This document shows positions 12,183 to 25,341 of a DNA stretch of 64,000 nt, one piece after another. A model generated the notes under the pieces. The model saw only the letters and a list, made by a program, of their open reading frames with translations, did no database searches and was not told the origin of the DNA. The DNA lies in the NCBI RefSeq assembly GCF_023055435.1, contig NW_025964361.1, positions 15,996,001-16,060,000 on the forward strand, written 5' to 3'. Numbering within the stretch: position 1 is the first letter of the stretch; every line of letters starts with the position of its first letter. Made by a program: the position numbers and the translations under genes. Origin of the DNA: Haliotis rufescens. Taxonomy: Eukaryota.

Positions 12183-15100
12183 TCACGGCAGACACGTTAT
12201 ATTGGTGACATATCAGGGTATCTTGCAGGCCAGATCGGTGGTTGGGCGCCCAGTATTCAGATGTCACGGCAGACACGTTATATTGGTGACATATCAGGGT
12301 ATCTTGCAGGCCAGATCGGTGGTTGGGCGCCCAGTATTCAGATGTCACGGCAGACACGTTATATTGGTGACATATCAGGGTATCTTGCAGGCCAGATCGG
12401 TGGTTGGGCGCCCAGTATTCAGATGTCACGGCAGACACGTTATATTGGTGACATATCAGGGTATCTTGTAGGCCAGATCGGTGGTTGGGCGCCCAGTATT
12501 CAGATGTCATCGCAGACACGTTATATTGGTGACATAGCAGGGTATCTTGCAGGCCAGATCGGTGGTTGGGCGCCCAGTATTCAGATGTCACGGCAGACAC
12601 GTTATATTGGTGACATATCAGGGTATCTTGCAGGCCAGATCGGTGGTTGGGCGCCCAGTATTCAGATGTCACGGCAGACACGTTATATTGGTGACATATC
12701 AGGGTATCTTGCAGGCCAGATCGGTGGTTGGGCGCCCAGTATTCAGATGTCACGGCAGACACGTTATATTGGTGACATATCAGGGTATCTTGCAGGCCAG
12801 ATCGGTGGTTGGGCGCCCAGTATTCAGATGTCACGGCAGACACGTTATATTGGTGACATATCAGGGTATCTTGCAGGCCAGATCGGTGGTTGGGCGCCCA
12901 GTATTCAGATGTCACGGCAAACACGTTATATTGGTGACATAGCAGGGTATCTTGCAGGCCAGATCGGTGGTTGGGCGCCCAGTATTCAGATGTCACGGCA
13001 GACACGTTATATTGGTGACATATCAGGGTATCTTGCAGGCGAGATCGGTGGTTGGGCGCCCAGTATTCAGATGTCACGGCAGACACGTTATATTGGTGAC
13101 ATATCAGGGTATCTTGCAGGCGAGATCGGTGGTTGGGCGCCCAGTATTCAGATGTCACGGCAGACACGTTATATTGGTGACATATCAGGGTATCTTGCAG
13201 GCGAGATCGGTGGTTGGGCGCCCAGTATTCAGATGTCACGGCAGACACGTTATATTGGTGACATAGCAGGGTATCTTGCAGGCCAGATCGGTGGTTGGGC
13301 GCCCAGTATTCAGATGTCACGGCAGACACGTTATATTGGTGACATAGCAGGGTATCTTGCAGGCCAGATCGGTGGTTGGGCGCCCAGTATTCAGATGTCA
13401 TCGCAGACACGTTATATTGGTGACATATCAGGGTATCTTGCAGGCCAGATCGGTGGTTGGGCGCCCAGTATTCAGATGTCACGGCAGACACGTTATATTG
13501 GTGACATATCAGGGTATCTTGCAGGCCAGATCGGTGGTTGGGCGCCCAGTATTCAGATGTCACGGCAGACACGTTATATTGGTGACATATCAGGGTATCT
13601 TGCAGGCCAGATCGGTGGTTGGGCGCCCAGTATTCAGATGTCACGGCAGACACGTTATATTGGTGACATAGCAGGGTATCTTGTAGGCCAGATCGGTGGT
13701 TGGGCGCCCAGTATTCAGATGTCACGGCAGACACGTTATATTGGTGACATAGCAGGGTATCTTGCAGGCCAGATCGGTGGTTGGGCGCCCAGTATTCAGA
13801 TGTCATCGCAGACACGTTATATTGGTGACATATCAGGGTATCTTGCAGGCCAGATCGGTGGTTGGGCGCCCAGTATTCAGATGTCACGGCAGACACGTTA
13901 TATTGGTGACATAGCAGGGTATCTTGCAGGCCAGATCGGTGGTTGGGCGCCCAGTATTCAGATGTCACGGCAGACACGTTATATTGGTGACATATCAGGG
14001 TATCTTGCAGGCCAGATCGGTGGTTGGGCGCCCAGTATTCAGATGTCACGGCAGACACGTTATATTGGTGACATATCAGGGTATCTTGCAGTCCAGATCG
14101 GTAGTTGGGCGCCCAGTATTCAGATGTCACGGCAGACACGTTATATTGGTGACATATCAGGGTATCTTGCAGGCCAGATCGGTGGTTGGGCGCCCAGTAT
14201 TCAGATGTCACGGCAGACACGTTATATTGGTGACATAGCAGGGTATCTTGCAGGCCAGATCGGTGGTTGGGCGCCCAGTATTCAGATGTCACGGCAGACA
14301 CGTTATATTGGTGACATAGCAGGGTATCTTGCAGGCCAGGTCGGTGGTTGGGCGCCCAGTATTCAGATGTCACGGCAGACCCGTTATATTGGTGACATAG
14401 CAGGGTATCTTGCAGGCCAGATCGGTGGTTGGGCGCCCAGTATTCAGATGTCACGGCAGACACGTTATATTGGTGACATATCAGGGTATCTTGCAGGCCA
14501 GGTCGGTGGTTGGGCGCCCAGTATTCAGATGTCACGGCAGACCCGTTATATTGGTGACATAGCAGGGTATCTTGCAGGCCAGATCGGTGGTTGGGCGCCC
14601 AGTATTCAGATGTCACGGCAGACACGTTATATTGGTGACATATCAGGGTATCTTGCAGGCCAGATCGGTGGTTGGGCGCCCAGTATTCAGATGTCACGGC
14701 AGACACGTTATATTGTTGACATATCAGGGTATCTTGCAGTCCAGATCGGTAGTTGGGCGCCCAGTATTCAGATGTCACGGCAGACACGTTATATTGGTGA
14801 CATATCAGGGTATCTTGCAGGCCAGATCGGTGGTTGGGCGCCCAGTATTCAGATGTCACGGCAGACACGTTATATTGGTGACATAGCAGGGTATCTTGCA
14901 GGCCAGATCGGTGGTTGGGCGCCCAGTATTCAGATGTCACGGCAGACACGTTATATTGGTGACATATCAGGGTATCTTGCAGGCCAGATCGGTGGTTGGG
15001 CGCCCAGTATTCAGATGTCACGGCAGACACGTTATATTGGTGACATAGCAGGGTATCTTGTAGGCCAGATCGGTGGTTGGGCGCCCAGTATTCAGATGTC

Positions 15101-15923
15101 ACGGCAGACACGTTATATTGGTGACATAGCAGGGTATCTTGCAGGCCAGATCGGTGGTTGGGCGCCCAGTATTCAGATGTCATCGCAGACACGTTATATT
15201 GGTGACATAGCAGGGTATCTTGCAGGCCAGATCGGTGGTTGGGCGCCCAGTATTCAGATGTCACGGCAGACACGTTATATTGGTGACATAGCAGGGTATC
15301 TTGCAGGCCAGATCGGTGGTTGGGCGCCCAGTATTCAGATGTCACGGCAGACACGTTATATTGGTGACATATCAGGGTATCTTGCAGGCCAGATCGGTGG
15401 TTGGGCGCCCAGTATTCAGATGTCACGGCAGACACGTTATATTGGTGACATATCAGGGTATCTTGCAGTCCAGATCGGTAGTTGGGCGCCCAGTATTCAG
15501 ATGTCACGGCAGACACGTTATATTGGTGACATATCAGGGTATCTTGCAGGCCAGAGCGGTGGTTGGGCGCCCAGTATTCAGATGTCACGGCAGACACGTT
15601 ATATTGGTGACATAGCAGGGTATCTTGCAGGCCAGATCGGTGGTTGGGCGCCCAGTATTCAGATGTCACGGCAGACACGTTATATTGGTGACATAGCAGG
15701 GTATCTTGCAGGCCAGATCGGTGGTTGGGCGCCCAGTATTCAGATGTCACGGCAGACCCGTTATATTGGTGACATAGCAGGGTATCTTGCAGGCCAGATC
15801 GGTGGTTGGGCGCCCAGTATTCAGATGTCACGGCAGACACGTTATATTGGTGACATATCAGGGTATCTTGCAGGCCAGATCGGTGGTTGGGCGCCCAGTA
15901 TTCAGATGTCATCGCAGACACGT
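12183..15923. repeat. 81-bp minisatellite, 46 copies, very homogeneous, no indels
   Basis: Unit tcacggcagacacgttatattggtgacata(t/g)cagggtatcttgcaggccagatcggtggttgggcgcccagtattcagatg; explains the 1251-aa and 1229-aa ORFs. Confidence 0.98.
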
Positions 15924-17440
15924 CTCTGTTGCCAGGGTTGGTCGGCCTGAGAGAGATTCTGTCTGGAACTCGTGTCCAAGGTGGATGGGTACTACGGGGA
16001 CTGTCTCTGACGTCGTTGCAATTGATCTGTTAACAACGTCGTCATTGACGAGCGACGTTATGCTGCGAGATTCCGGTTTCAAGCCTTCCTGTGGCTTGAA
16101 ACCTGCCATTTTCACTCCGGCGTGGCATGGTGAAACCTCATCAAAACGATCAAAAGTGAGTAATAAGTACTTAGTTCTGCATTTCCGTAGGCTGCTCATG
16201 ACATGGGATTGGATATCTGGCCTCCGTAGAGCACATGGGAAGCAATTTGCGCATGCTATTCGTTATTTCTTCCAACAAGCATGCAATACCGGCGACACTT
16301 GGTTGGTTGCGTTTCATAAACCCCTCCCCTGGTTCAAATCCAGACATGCATATGAGTTTTGTAAGTGAAAAAAATACCCCGTACATATTAGAAAATAATG
16401 ACGTCAGTTGAACGAGGGGTAGCTCCTACAACCTTTGGGCGTATCGCCAACCTCTTGGTCAATATTTGCTGTACACCACAAGGCCTTGCAAGTCATGATT
16501 GCATTTTTCATGTATGGCTATACAAAATAAATTCAAATCGAAACTTTTATTGAGTATATGAGTTCCCATCGATCGAAATTCATGATGTACTCCTGTGTTG
16601 GTTAAATACTGGAATGATACACGGAACGGGCAAACAAAATAACATTTATATTGCGTCGTCTTGGCTATCTCCGAGGTGATGTTTCGCTGAAACATCTGTT
16701 CCAATAGTATTCTTGAATATATTAATGTGGAAAGAAACGAATGTGTGTGTGTATTGATTTAATCTTGCTTACTCATAACCCAACGTTATAGGATTAGTTT
16801 GTTTAACACATAGTTTAAGAAAACCCCGATGAACATGTAAGGTGAAGGAGTAAAACATTTGGTATTTTTGAAGATTAGAACTGTAACGGTCTCTAACTGT
16901 ACCCTGCTGGAGGTGGCGGGTGTTTGGCACTGTTGGTAGAGACCTCGCCTCAGGGTCGATCCGCACTGGATGCTTTGACGTTCGTCACAATAACACAAGC
17001 ACATTGTCTAATATCCTCATGAAATGGTCGGATGTATAACCAAGCCTCGACCAACAACAAAGATACCAATCCCGTTTGTCTATGTGCACTTGATATGAAT
17101 TTTTGAAACATAATCACGTACTTTTCACCTTTTGCTCGATTTCTTCTTGTGACATTTCTCGTCAACATTTGGGTAATGGTTCCCAAAGTGTAAGGCTATT
17201 TTTAAGTACATGCTGAAGTTGCTAAAGTAGTACTGATGTTTTTTGTGTAAATATTACCAGTCAATATCAAGTGAACGGTGTAGCCGCCGGCCATTCATTT
17301 GAGCAGGGAATATTTAATTGTCTTTGATTACCTTTATCACAGCAAATGGTACTGATATAATATATATATTAAAGACTATTACGTATTTGATTCAAATCTT
17401 TCTGTGAAAGTTATGTCATGACAGAATTTGGAAATTGGGC

Positions 17441-17472
17441 GTGAGTGAGTGAGTTGGGTTTAACGCCGCTTT
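17441..17472 (-). mobile_element. 3' tail fragment of the (ACTC)n SINE family
   Basis: gtgagtgagtgagttgggtttaacgccgcttt matches the tail of the SINE at 3821..3852. Confidence 0.6.
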
Positions 17473-17562
17473 AAATATAGAGGAGATGACGGGAAGGAAT
17501 ATAATGAAACACAATATCGACACATCGTTTCATGTTTAGTGGATATGGGGGTTCAAGTACAA

Positions 17563-17730
17563 ACCTGTGAAGGTCATTGTTAGAATTGATCTTCAGCAAT
17601 ACATGCTTGAATGAGTGGCGACTAACGGGATCGGGTGGTCAGGCTCGCTGCAGTCGCTGGCTTGGTTGATGCATGTCATCGTATCCCAATTGCGTAGCTT
17701 CAATATTGCTCAGTGCGGCGTTAAATAAAC
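17563..17730 (+). mobile_element. Internally deleted copy of a second SINE-like family
   Basis: ggcgactaacgggatcgggtggtcaggctcgctg...tgtcatcgtatccc; ends aatattgctcagtgcggcgttaaa, a tail shared with the tRNA SINE; a diverged reverse copy lies at ~31020..31190. Confidence 0.65.
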
Positions 17731-18423
17731 AGAAAAAAACCACATGCACCCAAACGTCCTCGTTGAATGAAGCGGACAACACTAAAAAGTGGACTCTAAA
17801 CATAGGACGTACATATATGAAACTCTCTCGGTATCGACAAGGGACAAGGTAATGACGTCATGACACGTAGTTTAGATATTACTATATGACGAAAGGGGCA
17901 CTAATCTCTGGCTTTTTCTCGGTTGTCTAACACTGCCCGCTAGGGCTCACGAGCTGCCGTGAGTCGATTTGCTCGCTAACGCAACTGAGCGTGACAAGAG
18001 ACTGGGCAACCGTCTGCAAGGACAGCTAAATATACTTGGAGGCAATATTTGTTTTACACATTTTTGAACACTGATTGGTTACCCGTGATCTTTGAAGATT
18101 TCGACAAAGGGCGCATGTTAATTAATTTCTTCAGCCTAAACAAAAAGACAAAAGAAAAAAGAACGTTGGAAGCTCATCGGATGTCGTTATATGGAAATAC
18201 CCCTGATGTTTATAGTTTAATAATAAAAAAAGTATAACTGCAGTGAAAGGATATAATATGATTACTACTCCCTTGTTGTCATCCATGTTTTCTGGTATAA
18301 CCCTACACTTGTGTATTTGGCGTAATGCTCGGTTAATGAACTTATTACAGGTTTAATTGGTGGTAGCACCACTCAGATTACCTGATAACGGTTCCCATTT
18401 GGCATTTCTTGTGTCTGGGGTAA

Positions 18424-19571
18424 TTATTATCCCCCGCCGCGCGAAAGCGCGAAGCGGGGGATATAGTATTCACGACCGTCCGTACGTCCGTCCGTACGTC
18501 CGTACGTCCGTCCGTACGTCCCACCTGTTTGTTGCCGCGATATCTCAAGAACTAAACACTGGATTGTCTTCATATTTGGAACTATGGTGTATATACAGAC
18601 TCCGCAGACACCAGTCGGTTTTGGTGACCTTGATCCCATTTTCAAGGTCACAGCAGGCAAATCTGCTTTTAGAGTTGGAAAACGGTGTTGCCGCGATATC
18701 TCAAGAACTAAACACTGGATTGTCTTCATATTTGGAACTATGGTGTATATACAGACTCCGCAGACACCAGTCGGTTTTGGTGACCTTGATCCCATTTTCA
18801 AGGTCACAGCAGACAAATCTGCTTTTAGAGTTGGAAAACGGTGTTGCCGCGATATCTCAAGAACTAAACACTGGATTGTCTTCATATTTGGAACTATGGT
18901 GTATATACAGACACCGCAGACACCAGTCGGTTTTGGTGACCTTGACCCCATTTTCAAGGTCACAGCAGGCAAATCTGCTTTTGGAGTTGGAAAACGGTGT
19001 TGCCGCGATACCTCAAGAACTAAACACTGGATTGTCTTCATATTTGGAACTATAGTGTATATACAGACTCCGCAGACACCAGTCGGTTTTGGTGACCTTG
19101 ACCCCATTTTCAAGGTCACAGCAGGCAAATCTGCTTTTAGAGTTGGAAAACGGTGTTGCCGCGATATCTCAAGAACTAAACCTCTCGATTGTCTTCATAT
19201 TTGGAACTATGGTGTATATACAGACACCGCAGACACCAGTCGGTTTTGGTGACCTTGACCCCATTTTCAAGGTCACAGCAGGCAAATCTGCTTTTGGAGT
19301 TAGAAAACGGTGTTGCCGCGATATCTCAAGAACTAATCGCTGGATTGTCTTCATATTTGGAACTATAGTGTATATACAGACACCGCATACACCTGTCAGA
19401 TTTGGTGACCTTGACCCCATTTTCAAGGTCACAGCAGGCCAATCATGTTTTTGGAGTTGGAAAACGGTGTTGCCACAATATCTCAAGAACTAATCGCTGG
19501 ATTGTCTTCATATTTGGTACTATGGTGTATATGGCGGGGGATATTTCGTCACTCTGTGACAAATACTTGTT
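18424..19571 (+). mobile_element. Non-autonomous Helentron/HINE (DINE-1 / pearl-like) element with 156-bp internal tandem repeats
   Basis: 5' subTIR ttattatcccccgcc; partner IR gcgggggata at 18454; (GTCC/GTAC)n microsatellite; ~6.4 x 156-bp cores starting 18531, 18687, 18843, 18999, 19155, 19311, ~19468; 3' subTIR ggcgggggata at 19533; 3' hairpin gtcac-tct-gtgac; ends in TT. Confidence 0.9.
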
Positions 19572-21063
19572 CAATCTAAATCCAGGTTTGATGTGAGGTG
19601 AAATGTGTGTTATGTAATATGCACGTGGCAGCCCAGCCAGAGATGAATGATCAGTTGATTTACTTTTTTTGTAAATATTTTTCAGTCCATTTGTAAAATA
19701 ACTAAACATTTAGGCGTTTAATGAATTTCCTAAGTGAAAATTTGCCCATTTTGACTGTAAAAGTATACACGCGATAAAATAAGCAATGCTCAGGTGAAAT
19801 ATTTACTTTGTGTTGCAAGTCAAAATAGTGTAAACGAAAATCGCACAATACCAAGCAAGTGACGTATCAAAACTTCACCACCATTACCGATGTAACCCAC
19901 AAAGATACCTACATTTCCATATTATTTCCAAAACTGTATTTCAATTTGTTAATCAGCGTGACTATACGCCCTTATACTATCAATAAAAGTGACAAATGCG
20001 CTTACGAATTGCACAGCAGAGGTCGCGAACTAGTCTATGTTTCTGCTATATCATCCGGGTACTCGCGGGGAAAAAACAATAACAATGGAAACAACCAGTG
20101 CAGGGGAATTGCTGTAGATCAGTGCCCCTTTAAAGTGGGACAAATACCTTTGCAGTCCTGAACCGTTGATAATGCATGCTGAGACGCGATATCTGAACTA
20201 GCCTTGTCGTTTACAGCTGTTGTTGTACCCTTGAGTTGTCAGAACAATATTGCGGTCCTACCGAGTTACATTTATACACTAGAATATCAATACAACTGCA
20301 AACTGTGTCGCTATGGCCACTGCGGAGCCCCAGTCCTTTGTCCCATCATTTTGATGCGTATAGGTCCAAACATGTTTAAGACTGTTTAACAGCTGAACGT
20401 GTTAAGGGTTTAAACGTGTTTAGACTTATGTCCCAGTATTACCCAATGTTCTGCTAGACACCCACAATGCACCCAGGACAGGCAACGAAGGGATACAAAT
20501 ACCCTGGGTAATCGAGGATGTTGGAACTCATGCTGGGAGCCGCGGTCACATCTCTCGGAAACTCAACGTTTAATTGATGATTATAATTCTCCTTCATTAA
20601 TCTATGTCAGAAAAAAAACATTCGTTTTAGAAAAAGAATAACCTCTCCAACTATACTTTTCTAGTTCATGTTCTGCTTGCAAAGTCATGAAAGAGACCGT
20701 TAAGAAATTACACTTCCGACTAGGGGAGGTAGCTATTATCGGCTTCACTAGGAGCATTTCTTCACCATGTGTAACCGCTCAGGATCGAATCCTCAAGATA
20801 TTCACTCTTCGTCAGAATATATCACTGCAGCTGTCACTCTTTTTAGACAAATCTGCGGGGCAGCAGAGACTATAACATGTATTTTATGGCCACCTGCGGC
20901 AATAAACTCTACCCCATGGAGACAAAGTCATTTGTAATTAAAATATTAGATGTACTTAAAGATAAGTGGTTTTGTAACAAAGATGTAAAACTTCCACGAT
21001 GTTCTGTAATGCGCTCTGACGTAGCGTGTGAAGAGTCTGTGGTACATCATAGCAGATACGTTA

Positions 21064-21116
21064 TGTGTGTGTGTGTGTGTGTGTGCGTGCGTGCGTGCGC
21101 GCGCGTGTGTGTGTGT
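21064..21116. repeat. (TG)n/(CGTG)n microsatellite
   Basis: Direct observation. Confidence 0.93.
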
Positions 21117-21925
21117 TCTGAATCCAGTTTGCCTGTCCCGTTTATGTCGTTGTATCTCAAACGCAGCAACGCAACTTGTCGTCATGCATAGCGGAAACAC
21201 TTAGCATTGTACAATCCAGCACTGATAGCTGGAGACGCCAGTTCCGGTATGGCCATGGCCGTAAAACGCTATTGACCCTGATGAGCGGGGCCTGGTGCCC
21301 GCATCTACAGACACTGTCCCACAGCATCACTGTCAAGGGATTCATTAGAGTGAACACGTGCTCACGACCCGCTAGTGTCAGGTAGGTGTGTTGGATCATT
21401 GTCTTTGAGATATTAACCTCAGTAGTAAAATACATATAATTGTATTCTGGGTGCAATCTGGACTATCGTGTCGACGGTGGAGTCTCATATTACATGTGCT
21501 GGTTTGTTTGTGAATTCAGATACGTTTTGCACGACTATTTCGAATCACTCTTTCTTCTGATGAACTGAATAGTAAAGTTACCACTAAATTAACGCTTAGT
21601 CTCTGAATATTATAATTTTGATTGAAACAAATAACTCAATTTAAATTGAAAAGGAGCCCCAGTGAGATGGGAGATTCCTGAAGAAAATCTAGACTTACTT
21701 CATTTAGGTATGTTTGCATTACAGAAAGGGCTGGGCGGAAGGGGATATAATATGGTTCAGTGAATGTGAGACAGACTAAGTAATTACAAGTTAATGAGTG
21801 TATAATGACCTTGCATGGATCATGTAAATTGCACAACAAAATTGCAAACAATATTGCACTGACCGTAATTATATTTCACTATGGGAGGGAGGGGGTGTCG
21901 TGATGGCACGTTCATGGTTTCAGCT

Positions 21926-22660
21926 GTCCCTGCTTTCAGTGGTAGACAAGTGAATACACACGACATTTGTAGTACCATGGTCCCTGCTTTCAGTGGTAGA
22001 CAAGTGAATACACACGACATTTGTAGTACCATGGTCCCTGCTTTCAGTGGTAGACAAGTGAATACACACGACATTTGTAGTAACATGGTCCCTGCTTTCA
22101 GTGGTAGACAAGTGAATACACACGACATTTGTAGTACCATGGTCCCTGCTTTCAGTGGTAGACAAGTGAATACACACGACATTTGTAGTACCATGGTCCC
22201 TGCTTTCAGTGGTAGACAAGTGAATACACACGACATTTGTAGTACCATGGTCCCTGCTTTCAGTGGTAGACAAGTGAATACACACGACATTTGTAGTACC
22301 ATGGTCCCTGCTTTCAGTGGTAGACAAGTGAATACACACGACATTTGTAGTAACATGGTCCCTGCTTTCAGTGGTAGACAAGTGAATACACACGACATTT
22401 GTAGTAACATGGTCCCTGCTTTCAGTGGTAGACAAGTGAATACACACGACATTTGTAGTACCATGGTCCCTGCTTTCAGTGGTAGACAAGTGAATACACA
22501 CGACATTTGTAGTACCATGGTCCCTGCTTTCAGTGGTAGACAAGTGAATACACACGACATTTGTAGTACCGTGGTCCCTGCTTTCAGTGGTAGACAAGTG
22601 AATACACACGACATTTGTAGTAACATGGTCCCTGCTTTCAGTGGTAGACAAGTAAATACA
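21926..22660. repeat. 54-bp minisatellite, ~13.5 copies
   Basis: Unit tccctgctttcagtggtagacaagtgaatacacacgacatttgtagta(c/a)catgg. Confidence 0.97.
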
Positions 22661-24907
22661 GCTATCCCCTACCCTGCCGAGACGTGCACAATGTATCCTA
22701 ACAGTTGCCTACATACCTTGCTATAGAAACACGAGAGTGGAACATGACCTTATCGCGCCAAACAGGATTTCATATTACCACTGACCTCAGTAATTAGCGC
22801 GTACTAAGCTTCGTCAGTGATGAGATATTCAATACATGTTTCTGTGAATGACATGAGTTGGGTGTAAAATACTAAATAGAGTCTTATGCCACTATCCCTG
22901 GATCAACAATGTAGGTTGTAATGTTCCTAAGCGTGTATTTCACACCTCTTTTAGAGATCTGCATGCATCGTACAAGTAAGTTGATCGTCGATGCCAAACA
23001 TCCTACATAGGTTTAACTGGGAGAAAACACGTACAGTAGACCAGATGGTATAGAATACTTTCCACTAAACAATCCAGACAAAATGCCTAGGTTTGTGGTG
23101 ATATTAATATTGAAATATAATTACACCTTGTCTTTATATGAAAATTCGATTGGAAATTTTTAATATTTAATCGCATTCTTACTCTAAGCTAAAATTATCT
23201 ACTTTGGTATATGGAAATCCGTAAGGGAGTAAATCTATAATATTCTCAGTACAAATAACTATGTTTTACAATAGAGGTTGCCAAAAGTTTGTTCGTAAAC
23301 ATTTAGTAAAACTTATTATAACACTGTAGAGAATGTTTTCGCACGGATTTACACTCTTACTTCTATTTTGTTCATTGAGACATGGCCACACTTGATGAGT
23401 CCACACCACCGATAACTGCGGGCATGAAGCACACCCCAGACAAAGGGATAGCCGAATATAAATATTAGTTCACAGAGTAATACGGATTATGTTTCACATG
23501 TGAGGCGTCATTGTGTTGACTAGGATTGTCCATGTTTGTTGACTGTCTGAATGTGAGAAATTACAAGTTGCTGAGCTATGGCCCGGCGACCACATGAGTA
23601 TCTTTTCCTGATGAATTGTCAGAGTAGTATATACACCTTGCCGGCAACAACCTGGCCATGCATGGAAGTCGGGGAGTAGCCGAAATCCTGGAGAAAACGT
23701 AGTCGTGGGGAATTTACCAGCCGCTTTTGATAAATTCTTTAACGATACCAGATATAATTTTAGTATAACTGAAGATGTTATCAGAAGTTAAGTCACGCGA
23801 ATACCGCCACTGGAATGTCGAGGTGACTACGTCATCATACAACACAAAGAACATTGTACATGCGACTAGGCCATAAAACCTTAGATCCAGGATATCAAAT
23901 GTCATATATAGTAATTTATTAGGCTGCACCTCCACATGTAATTCCTCTCTATCAATGTGCAGTTTTCCTTATAATACTTGAGTTGCAAAGGCTTCCTTTA
24001 GATAAGCATTTTTTATAATAGATTCATCTAACAACGTCTCAGTCGTGCGTGTAACACGTCTTCCCTTGCCGATCTTGTATCGCCACTTCCGCTACCGCCC
24101 GACAAAGGACCAACTCCTCAGGGCCGGACAGAAGACAGAACCTGTCAGCGGTGTGGTACAGTGTGTTTGAAGTGCATGCTGCAGTAAATCTTATTCTCAA
24201 GTGCAGGAGACGAAAATGACGTGTTAATAGGGTACTTCCGTCAGTGACCCATGGAGCGGCAAGCAACGAGACCACCAGGTGGCGGCTACCATGTGGCTAC
24301 CTGCTGGCGGATTCAAGAACTATATGTTAATGGACAGAGAGGCATTATAAGATCCAGTTCGGACCAAAGGTTTCCGTGCAACTCTTGAGTGAAACAGTGC
24401 CACGCAGGGCGGGTCAAAATAGACCGCATCACACATGAGAGTTAGGAAATTTGGAACTATGTTAAAATGACTCACAAGTCTGGTGCAATTAGTAACCTCC
24501 TTTCAAAGCAATACGCCCGTAGTCAACCCATCCGATGCCATGTAACATGTTGCTGTCACATTTGTGGCCGACATATGAGAATGAGTGTATGCTACAGAAA
24601 TATATGAAATATTGGATATCCCACGTCGCTGAAGTGTACATTATTACCATTCGGCCTTGATACCATACGTTATTATTGTTCACAATACGCTTAACTCGCA
24701 GTATCGAAGCAGAGAAGTATGAAAGTCTTTAAACAACCGTACCCAATATTGCATGCTCATCTGATTAATAGAGAAAGATAAGGATATAATTTTAAGCGTT
24801 ATCGGAGATGTATCCAAAAATACGTCTGTTGGTCTGTCCCAATATGAACATTGTATATACAGTTTATGTGGGTTTATGCATACGTTAACAAACTCGTACA
24901 TCAGCAA

Positions 24908-25336
24908 CAAGCCACAGTGACGGGCATACTACAAGCCACATTGACAGGCATACTACAAGCCACATTGACAGGCATACTACAAGCCACATTGACAGGCATA
25001 CTACAAGCCACAGTAACGGGCATACTACAAGCTACATTGACAGGCATACTACAAGCCACATTGACAGGCATACTACAAGCCACAGTGACGGGCATACTAC
25101 AAGCCACAATGTCGGGCATACTACAAGCCACATTGACGGGCATACCACAAGCCACATTGACAGGCATACTACAAGCCACAGTGACGGGCATACTACAAGC
25201 CACAGTGACGGGCATACTACAAGCCACAGTGACGGGCATACTTCAAGCCACATTGACAGGCATACTTCAAGCCACAATGACAGGCATACTACAAGGCACA
25301 GTGACAGGCATACTACAAGCCACATTGACAGGCATA
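24908..25336. repeat. 24-bp minisatellite, ~18 copies
   Basis: Unit caagccaca(t/g)tgac(a/g)ggcatacta. Confidence 0.96.
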
Positions 25337-25341
25337 TCTCC

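Noticed and set aside
12166-15950. 1251-aa (-) and 1229-aa (+) ORFs as protein-coding genes
   Set aside because: Both lie almost wholly inside an 81-bp (3n) tandem array and start within repeat units. They are open on both strands, have no unique domain, and unit variants show no clear synonymous bias.
21270-21310. Hammerhead ribozyme (CTGATGA-gcggg...cccgc)
   Set aside because: The stem II-like hairpin is followed by ATCT rather than the required GAAA, and there is no stem I/III pairing. The ctgatg in the 49-bp array also lacks the core.
6905-22985. Scattered + strand donor-like sites (6910, ~10724, ~16156, ~21382, ~22976) as exons of one gene
   Set aside because: No matching acceptors or coherent reading frame could be built, and such hexamers are expected by chance at this density.
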